Origin: Psammoneis japonica
Lineage: Eukaryota
DNA length: 21,920 nt
Assembly (NCBI GenBank): GCA_008632985.1
Contig: QPGO01000186.1
Span: 124,001-145,920 of the forward strand
Reading direction: 5' to 3'
The notes beneath the pieces are model-generated. The model searched no databases and was not told the origin of the DNA. It saw nothing but the letters and a program-made list of their open reading frames with translations. The position numbers and the translations under genes are program-made. Shown here piece after piece: positions 9,472 through 18,223 of this stretch (the stretch's first letter is position 1; each line of letters begins with the position of its first letter).

Positions 9472-12400
9472 ATTGCACATTAGAGTCATTTGTAAGTGGA
9501 TTATTCGACGGACATCGACAGTGTCAATAATGTCTCCACTTTCACTGTATTGTGCCATTAGCAATAACTGTTGTTGTTTTGTATAGGCAATATAGGGCCG
9601 TTCCAATTTCCGAATGTCTTTTGAGAGTGACATTGTTTGTTTCTCACTTAACATGTATATATATAGTATTACGTCGAGCATTCTCATTGACGTTCTTGTT
9701 GACATGAACACAAGGACTAATTGTCCTGGAGCAAGTGTTTTTCCTGACATCGATTGTACATAGCATCGTGCCCAGCACTTAATGTACGCTCTTAATTATG
9801 GCGTTCACTTGCTTGCTTCTTGTGGATTTCATGCAGTTTGGCGGGCTTGCTTTACATGCCATGTTGCTCTGCTGCACTGCCACGTTTCACAAGCAACAAC
9901 AAACGATGGTCAAAGACATTGTGACCATTTCGTCTTGACAATCAATCCTGTGATGGTCATGAATTCCATTGTGGATTTTTTTTTTTTGCACTTCAACCAT
10001 CTATCAGTTGGATTTTAATCGTCATTTGGACGTTTCTTTCTGACACACCGGTGTCATTTTGTCATTCCGAAGGCACTGGTTTCGTGCACCAAGTGGACAA
10101 ATGTCCATTTTTCTTTTCTTTTTCTAGATCTTTGGCACATCTCGTGTGTCGACATGATGCACATTTTAATGTCTTGCCTCGTACATTGTACAACACAACC
10201 GCACGGGTGTTGTGAGATTGTCTTTTGCCAGTGTGAAGTGGGTGCGTATAATGTGCACCAATCTGTCACTGTTTTTTCCTAAATCGCCCTTCAAAAAGGC
10301 GATTTTATCCTTGTGACATGAGCATTTTTCGATCTCGCTCGCCTCCACGAAAAGTGTTCGTATGATGTGTCGCGTCCGACAATTTGGAGGGAATGTCTTC
10401 ATCCCGTTTTAACGGCAGGACATTGTCGCAGGATTCAATTTTCTGTGGCAAGTCGGCTGATCGCGTCTGTCGCGACGATGTTCGCCTTGCCCTCGTTGTG
10501 TTCTAATTCGGGACTGAAGTTGTCAACGTGTGACTTTGTCCGTTGTGTCTTGTGATCCATGTGTGCATAAATCTGTTGGCCAAACAGCATGTTTCGGAAT
10601 TTTGTGAGTGTTTTCACCATGGACAGAAGTTCTTTTTTCCGTTGTGACGCACAACATTGAAATCCGTGCATGACAACAACACAGTTTTTGATTTGATGCA
10701 CTCCACATTTTCGGAGACTTTTCGTTCCGCACTTGTGCTTTTGCCGTTTGACCTTTGTTGAGGTGAATTTGGCTGGCATTGCACAGGAGATCGTTGAGAC
10801 TGCATGTCTCGACAACAGCAACGCATGACAACGAGATGTCGCAGTGTTCTTTGCGTTTTTCTCGTGTTGCGATTGCTTGAATCGCCTCCATTTTCTTTGC
10901 AATCGATTGCATGTCGTTGCGTGTGGAAGTCTTGATAGTTCATTTCAAGTTAAACAGTGAAGGACTTTTGTTGTCAACCTTCTAAGCGACTGTTCTGGTC
11001 GTTTGAATGCCGCGTTGAGCTGTTGCTTGTGCAGGTGACATTTTGAAGTTACTTTTGTCAGGCACAAACGATCACATGTGGTCATTCTGACAACTTCAAA
11101 CCTGTCATGAGTTCACTCAAGTGTTGTGCAAAAACATCTGGGGCTCTGTGGATTCTCATTGGAAGTCCACAGTGCTCATTTTCTCCCCACGGCATGATTT
11201 TCGTGTGAGCACGACGTGTGCTTTTTTTATTTGACATGGTGGCATTCCATGTTTGAATCAAATGGATCACACACATGAAACGTTCTTGCTTCAATGGCAT
11301 TTCCTGAATGTTGGGCAAAGGACACACCACCTGTGTGAACCTCACACTGAGCTTCTGAGTGTCGGATGCGGTCGAACTCGACCTGTTTTCTTCAGACAAT
11401 GAGTCTCAGAGCGACTCATTCAGAGCAACTTCATTCTCAAGACTTCAATCTTTCACAATGGGTCAAACTCCTTTTGATTGGATGCCTCCAAAGACTGTGA
11501 CAGGAGAAGGTTCTCACGCGTCGTGGAATCGCGTCAGATTTTCCACGATGAGATCCACTGATGCTTCCCATGCATTCGTCTGAGGAACTTTTCAAAACGA
11601 TTTCAACCTCTTAAGAAGAAGATTGAGTTGGTTGTGTTCATTTGGGTTAGATGCATCGCCGCAGTTGTCACTTGATTGAGATCGATGGCGTGACAATGTG
11701 AGTCGAGGACCATTGGTTCCATCATCAACTCTGTTCACGGCGTCACATTTTTCAATGTGATCGGTTTTCAGCTTGAAAACATCGGCATCGAAGAGTGTGT
11801 GAACATTCTTCATAAGGTAATTGCTTCTTCCCATTAGATTTCTTCATTTGCGTAGTCCAATGTGACTTGCAGGACTGGACATTAAGTCGCGTCCCATGAT
11901 CACATCATTCGAACCTGAAGAAAATTTGGTGTTTTCAACATTCACTGTTTGCATGTCAGCATGCCTTAAATTTTCGCACAGTGAGAACTGAATTCGGTGT
12001 TTACTATCAGTCGTAAAGAGCTCACCCTTGGTTTCCCAAGTTTTTGGTGGCGGATTCTTGTGTTCTCAACTTTCGCACGAATTTGCGCAAAATTGTGGTT
12101 GACGATGTTCCGTTATCGACAGGAACACGTAGATGCTTTTTTTTTTTTTTTCTCTCCTTTCCCAAGGAAGTGTTCATACAAATGATGACTCCTGGACTAG
12201 TGTGAATTATTTCTGCCTTTTTTCTAGGCTTCCTAACATCCAGCAAAGCATGTAATTCGTGAATAGACCAAAATTATTCTTCGGATTCAGTCTGGATCAT
12301 CCGATCAAATTGGCATTTTTCTTCACTGAGGGTATCAGAATCTGATTCTTTGCCCTTATGCTCTTTTTCTTTGTTCAAGGAACTCGCTTTGAGCATTTTT

Positions 12401-13463
12401 TGAACCGCCTGATCAATCATGACGTTCATCTCTTTTTTTGCGAGCGGCATTTTCGTTGTCGCGACGCGACCGCGTGCGATTGCCATTTGAACGGCGCATT
12501 TTTGGGTCTCTTTCAGAGTCACCCTTGCACTCTTTTGCTAGTTCATTTTTAGAACAGCTTCAATCCGTGATGTAGGTATTCTTTTTTCAAAGATAAGACC
12601 TTGCATTCACTTTGGATTGTTCTGGTACCACACAGGAGACCATTTTTGGAACCAAATTTGGAACCTTTTTTATTTTGGAACCAACTGCGCTATCAGAGCC
12701 TGAGTTGATATGTATTTTCGTCACGGACGTCATGAACGACCTTTAGATGACTCAAAACTTAATCAGCTCATCAAGGATGAGTTGCAATAGTTGATTGTTT
12801 TGGACAGTAGACTGATGCTGCCATCCTTGCGGTGCGAGTGATGGCCAATAGCTCACGGCTCGGTTTCCCGCTAGATTCAACATAGAATCGATTGAAGGGT
12901 CGTGTGGACGCTCTTCATTGACCTCTTGGGTCGAATGGGCACTCTCTTGCTGCTGAGAGCCTTGGGTTTCTTCAGATCATCTCGAAAATAATGATTCTGA
13001 TTCTGAAGTGCAATTCTTGGAGGACATGAGATAAGAGACTCTTAAGGTACTTTCCAATGGTTCCATCTTGCTCTTGGACTCGAGGCTCGTCGATTCGGTC
13101 TCTAAAAACTCTCCAATAGTCTCTCCTTGCATGCCAGACGTATTTCTCGGACCTGATCGACTCAAGACTTGAAATTCTACCCAACCATGACTTGGTGTGG
13201 ATATTTCGACAATGCTGTGCTCTTGTAGAGTCCTTGGTCCTGAGACACTTGGAATGGATCGTATTAGAACGAATCTTGTCATTTGCTAGACGAAAAACAG
13301 CGTTCCATCTTGAGGTGCTGCTCGGATTGAGCTTCTTCCGCTCGGAAATCGATTCCAGCAGAACTGATGCGATTCGTTCCTGTTTATAGAAGAATTTACA
13401 AAGGCACATTAGTTAAAATTTTCATTTTCCGTGCTTTTTACCTTCTGTGGTGTGTATACACAA

Positions 13464-13830
13464 TGCACTGTGCTCGAAGAACGAGTGTAAACGAAAGTAG
13501 AATAGTGTACGAAAAGTGGAAATTATAAGATTAAATTTTGCTCTGTGATTTTTGGTTTCTCCGAACGAGTTCTCAATGGCCTAAAGCTTCTGTACTGCTT
13601 CTACAGACAAAAGGCCTTTCGGAGAATATATTCGTGACAACAGATTGTCCGGATACGATTGCTATTGACACGTAAGATGTCAACATCGTCAATCGATCGT
13701 ATTTGCAATTCTCGACATCCGATCAACTCTGTGTGATCGTTCTGTCCTTTGTACGCATCCACGACTGTGGTACGATTGACATATAAATAACATATAATCA
13801 TAAATATGTGTGTAACAGTCGCATACTGCA
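13464..13830 (-). repeat. 5' LTR of the non-autonomous Gypsy element (367 bp)
   Basis: Direct repeat of 9093-9459 with 7 substitutions and no indels, followed by CACC. Confidence 0.95.
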
Positions 13831-13834
13831 CACC

Positions 13835-14420
13835 CTTGTGCCTCCACAAAGAGCTTGGTTCACAAGACCATCACACTGCAATCATCGACGGTGACAAGCT
13901 CTGCAGTTGTGCTGGAACTGGCGCTCAGCTTCTGTTTTCATGAGATCCATTGAACAGCTCCTCTTTGGATGTTGTTGAAGATCTGGGTGCCTCTGGCATG
14001 GCTCTTAAAATCAGATGTGCTGCAAAACTTGCATTGACAAACCATTTCACCACAGAGATGTCTCACTCGGTGCCAATTTGTTGAGCGCTGAACTTGGTGC
14101 AATCCAGCCATTTTGTCACAATGACAAGACTCTGCTGCCAATTGTTCTCAGCAGGTTCCTTTGCTCTTGCACACAGGACTGCAAAAACATGTTGGATGTC
14201 CTCACCCTTTTTAGCATGCTTGCAATTGAACAGAGCCTTCTTGGCAACAAAGGTCCTGAAGATCTCATTCGCCACTTTTGGCCGAGCAGTTTGTCAGGCT
14301 TGTGATCAAATGGATCATCTTGAGCTGGGTTTGCACAAGTGACATCAGGCACAAACTTGATGGGGAATTTGTTTGCCATTGACACGACACACTGGATCAT
14401 GTCCATCTCTGGGATTTTCC
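13835..14420 (-). mobile_element. Ty1/Copia (CoDi-like) remnant, end of RT and 5' half of RNase H; continuous with 8845-9092
   Basis: Minus strand reads DMIQCVVSMANKFP, EIFRTFVAKKALFNCK..DIQHVFAVLCARAKEP, VKWFVNASFAAH, and DFKSH..S*KQKLSASSSTTAELVTVDD..TKLFVEAQG. Confidence 0.88.
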
Positions 14421-14449
14421 AACCAATGAGCTGTTTGTCTCTTCATCTG

Positions 14450-14670
14450 TGTAAATTGCCAATGTTGTGAGGTTCAATGCACTTCCCAGTGGCTGGTCAA
14501 TCTGCCTGAAATTTTGTGCATTCGGCCAATGAGAAGTGGGTCCCACCAGCCAGCATCTGCCCTCCACCAATTTAGTTGGGCAGGCTTGTCAATTTTGGCT
14601 TGCTTGTTGTGCAGACAGTTTTGGGTTGCAGGCTTGACTTGTTTGATTGCTTCCAACACACTCCTGTTCC
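14450..14670 (-). mobile_element. Possible Copia PPT/3' LTR start (CAGGAGTG|TGTTGG, LTR starting at 14658)
   Basis: Minus strand GGAACAGGAGTGTGTTGGAAG resembles the junction I recall for diatom Copia elements. No partner LTR in the window and the extent is uncertain. Confidence 0.4.
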
Positions 14671-15430
14671 ACACTGATCAGGGTGCAAGGTTGAATGATG
14701 CATGGAAGATTGTGGGTCTGCAAAGCTCCAGATCTGGAGTCACAGCTCCAGGACATCTGGATCCAGGTTGTGTCCATCTGTCCTCTCCCCAGTGAGCTCC
14801 ACCCGGATGACATTCGTTGCATCACACTCACACACATGTGATGTGGATGGCATTGATTAAGGCTGGGTCCATTGCAGTTACAGGACAATGTAGAATTCAG
14901 TCTAGTGCGGCTTTGGTGCAGCTGTTGTTGGTCGTACAGTGGGCCAAGTATCAGCAACACATGAAACAGCAATGTAATGTTGTGCGGTAGATGCTGTTTT
15001 GGTGTGTCGACTACGGTGACAACACCGATGTTCGACGCATCGCCTACGGCGACAACAACAACGAGAATAGCCGGTCGTCGTTGGTTAACCACGCTGACAA
15101 CTGGAAGAAACACAAACGTCATCGAAACAACCTTCTCTGGTGTATCAATGCAGCCAAGAACGGGCATGAACAGGCGATAAATGGATTTGAAACGACTATG
15201 TTAATAAGGAAACAACTAAACTGGACACTTCGGGTCCTCGGCATGTCATCGGATAGAATGGAACGAAGTAGCGACGACATATTGCAAGTGTAAAATAGGA
15301 TGGCAAGGATCGACGTAACGTGTAAACGCGGCGGTCCCATTCAACACTTCATTCTTCAAGCTGGCTCGTGGTATTGTAGATAAGTTGTCATCACCATCAT
15401 CTATTCCTAGTCAAACCTCCCCACCGATCA

Positions 15431-16393
15431 TTATTTCTTTTTCTTCGGATCAGGCTTGTTGTTCAGGTAGATGTACCATTGAAGAGCGGTTGCAACCGCG
15501 ACCCAACCACAGGTAGGCAAAAGGTAGTAACCTGCCACTTTATCCAAGTCGTAGAACAAGTACGCACTGCTCAATAGGCATGCAAAGAACAGGGTGATTA
15601 CGGCCGCGCCACGACCGGGACATTGCAGACCAAAGAACACTTTATTCCAAGTGTCACCCAATGCCAGATGGGAGCAGTACACGAACAGCACCCCCAATGG
15701 AAGTGACGTCGTCCCGTCGATTTTTGACGTGCCATATTTTAAGATCCTTGACACACCACATAACTGTGTGGGTTTACTGATCAAGAGCCACATGATCGGG
15801 AAGACGTATCCTGGTGGATTCCACCATGGTTTCTTAAGTTGAGAATACCATTGGCTATCTCCCGGGATGACGTCCGGTGCGAGAACTTGGTTGGTAGCGG
15901 CAGAAAGCCCTCCATCGATGAACGATCCGAAGAAGGAGCTAGCGAAGATGATAAGGAATGCTGCCACAAGCTGTGTCAAGGGCAAGTTGAAGACAGACGG
16001 TATCGAATCGGGATACTTGTCAGACAATGCCACACTTCCCACTAAGGTCCCTAACATCACCACCGCCTCCAATACAGCGCTGATCGCAAGCTTGGCGAAT
16101 AGACTTGGATCGGAATCAGCACATCCCCCACCACGTAGTGTTTCTACCAATATCAAAGTCGAAGACGGTAAATGACTTGTTAGTCCATTGACATTGGGAA
16201 CATCGATTTCTTTGTCGATACTGTGACGACGGGGATGAAGGCTGTGACGTTGTTGCTGTTGGTGAAGCGTAACGGTGGCCCAACCGTTCGGGTTCGGAAC
16301 TGCATCGACACCACCACCCGCGAGTCCCAACAACAACAAAAAAACACCACCACAAGAAGTGATATACAAAGCGAGACGCGTTCCAATCTTCAT
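15431..16393 (-). CDS. tspO: TspO/MBR family protein with signal peptide and N-terminal extension (320 aa)
   Basis: Motifs WYSQLKKPWWNPPGYVFPIMW, WNKVFFG and LLPTCGWVAVATALQWYIYLNN. Likely start MKIGTRL at 16393 (ORF open to 16462), with a hydrophobic signal peptide, a TLRGG motif and C-terminal KKKK. Confidence 0.9.
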   Translation of the reverse strand: MKIGTRLALYITSCGGVFLLLLGLAGGGVDAVPNPNGWATVTLHQQQQRHSLHPRRHSIDKEIDVPNVNGLTSHLPSSTLILVETLRGGGCADSDPSLFAKLAISAVLEAVVMLGTLVGSVALSDKYPDSIPSVFNLPLTQLVAAFLIIFASSFFGSFIDGGLSAATNQVLAPDVIPGDSQWYSQLKKPWWNPPGYVFPIMWLLISKPTQLCGVSRILKYGTSKIDGTTSLPLGVLFVYCSHLALGDTWNKVFFGLQCPGRGAAVITLFFACLLSSAYLFYDLDKVAGYYLLPTCGWVAVATALQWYIYLNNKPDPKKKK

Positions 16394-16827
16394 GGCGATC
16401 CGATTCAAGTTCAGTACCGGTAGAAATGTTGTTGTTGTTTCTATTTCAATTTCACGGTTCATTTTTTTAGGGTTTTTTAGGGAAACCTTTTATTTACGGT
16501 ATCCATACTGTACTGTACGGTACTTACGCTGTGTGTGGAGTTCAAGCACGTGCAACGTCACCCAGTGGCGCGGGGGGAGGGCAGACCCAAGATGATCCGC
16601 AGATCGAAGATCCTGGATGTCTCGCCTCTTCTCGCCTGGGACCTGGGACAATCATTATGGTAACATACTGGTAACAAGCCTTGACGCTCCGCCCTTTTCG
16701 ATTCCCTCCTGAAGCAGAAGTACTAGTAGGTCGAAACGAGAAGGTCTGAAGATCGAGGAAGCAAAACGTTAATAGTGTGTAATTCTCTCTTGCATTTGAT
16801 CTGTTGATTCTTCTCTAATTTTCCGCA

Positions 16828-17944
16828 ATGTCGTCAGTGCCTGAAACCATGAAGGTATGTACAGTAGATGAAAGAACAAGCTTGAAGTGTGGTGCACGTT
16901 TTCCTTTTAACTTTCAAATCCACCAAACACCAAACGACTCAATTCCCATCGCAGGCAGTAGTGATTCATGCTACTGGTGATGCTCAATCTCTCAAGGTCA
17001 CGACCGATTATCCGACACCAACTCTCGAGCCCGGCCAGGTCCTGGTCAAGAATGAATTTGCAGGAATTAACTTTATCGACACCTATCACCGCAGTGGACT
17101 GTATCCTCGTAAGTTGCCCTTTATCCTTGGCGTGGACGGTGGTGGCGTTGTTGTTGCGGTAACTCCCGAGGCTGCTGACGTCAAAGTGGGAGATCGTGTT
17201 GCCTACAGCATGGTGGAAACCTATTGCGAATACACGGCGGTGCCGGCATCCAAGCTTGTTCCTGTTCCGGACGATATGGACATGACGGTTGCTGTAGCGT
17301 GCATGGTCCAGGGCTTGACGGCTCACTACCTCACCACGTCGGCTCATGCAAACCTGATTCAAAAAGGAGAATGGTGTCTCATTTACAGTGTTGGTAGTGG
17401 AACTTGTCAGTGGGCCGCTCAAATGGCAAAAGCAAAAGGTTACAAGGTGATTGGAACGTGTTCCAAAGGAAAGGCTGACGCTGTGCGAGCACTGAATTGT
17501 TGCGACGAGCTCATTGTGTTGGAAGAAGTTCAGGGAGCGTCGTATTCGGATTACAGCAGCGTGGATATAGTTGAAAAAGTAATGGAGGTTTCGGGTGGGG
17601 AGGGCGTGAAATGCATTATTGATGGAGTTGGAAAGTCAACGGCCGACGTTTCATTGAGTTGTCTCGCAACAAGGGGCATTTTCATTTCGTTTGGCAACGC
17701 GTCAGGGCCTGTACCTGCCTTTCCAGTGCTAAAACTGGGTGGAAAGTCAGCTTTTGTGACTCGCCCAAAGGCGAGCGATTACACAGCCACGCGTGAAGAA
17801 CTCATGGATCGAGCGCGCGATGTGTTCGGTTGGGTAAAAGACGGAACACTGAAAATTGTGGTGGACCAGGTGTTTGCCTTGGAAGATGCTGTGGATGGTC
17901 ACGTCTATCTGTGCCAAGTGGCGCCAAGTAATAGTATAAAGTAG
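16828..17944 (+). CDS. qor: NADPH:quinone oxidoreductase (zeta-crystallin/MDR family); exons 16828-16854 and 16955-17944; last 10 codons are LTR-derived
   Basis: MSSVPETMK, a 100-nt GTATGT...CAG intron, then AVVIH. Motifs AGINFIDTYHRSGLYP, VQGLTAHYL, DGVGK and FGNASG. Similarity stops at HVYL (17911), where the LTR begins. Confidence 0.9.
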
Positions 17945-18202
17945 CGTTGTAAAATTGACTGTTGCTAATATTGTGAGAAGAAATGAAAGAGATTCGGCTA
18001 CTCCGAAATCTCGTAGAATTAATACTAAGAAACCGCGTAGAAATATAAAGAAACAATCTTTCGAGAGGCATCGAGATGTATCGAGAAAGGAGAAGAGGTT
18101 TCTAGAAAGTGTCATCGTTGACATCCTTTTGACACTTTTGACATCAGGCTGACACCCACGAATGAATATACGAATGAATATAGATGACCGTGATACTCGG
18201 CA
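17912..18202 (-). repeat. 3' LTR of the second Gypsy element (291 bp)
   Basis: Bounded by TGCCAAGT...ACTCGGCA (7/8 inverted repeat). PPT GGGGAAGCGAG at 18203-18213 lies just after the pol stop. Internal tandem CGAATGAATATA x2 at 18159-18182. The partner LTR is outside the window. Confidence 0.8.
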
Positions 18203-18223
18203 CTCGCTTCCCCAATTGAGACG

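Larger units (their letters stand above)
9093..13830 (-). mobile_element. Full-length but non-autonomous Ty3/Gypsy LTR retrotransposon (4738 bp), target-site duplication CACC
   Basis: Two 367-bp LTRs with TG...CA ends; CACC at 9089-9092 and 13831-13834; PPT next to the left LTR. Frameshifted remnants lie in Gypsy order on the minus strand: protease (DVIMGRDLM, ~11900), RT (PLPNIQEM; IMPWG..GLPM..APDVF, ~11100-11330), RNase H (KELLSMVKTL..HMDHK..GKANIVA, ~10450-10650), integrase tail (APGQLV; IRKLERPY; TVDVRRI, ~9490-9750). Confidence 0.93.

Noticed and set aside
9230..9478. Near-identical 82-aa ORFs here and at 13601-13849
   Set aside because: They are chance translations of the two LTR copies.
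12644..12684. Three TTGGAACC copies as an array or CRISPR-like repeat
   Set aside because: Too short and irregular, inside a decayed gag region, with no spacer structure.
14063..14275. CKHAKKGEDIQHV read as a LINE zinc knuckle
   Set aside because: The context matches Copia RT (FVAK.LF.CKR.RPDI...VAVLCTR) and leads directly into Copia RNase H.
4170..14860. Classical fungal RIP or simple CpG decay as the explanation
   Set aside because: RIP raises TpA and creates stops, whereas here TpA and Tyr are lost. CpG is retained in the young elements that already lack TpA.
14991..15293. 100-aa ORF with a Sel1-like patch (LWCINAAKNGHEQA)
   Set aside because: A single weak motif with no supportable gene structure; possibly a gene remnant.
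17919..17926. TGGCGCCA as a primer-binding site
   Set aside because: It lies inside the end of the 3' LTR, not downstream of a 5' LTR.
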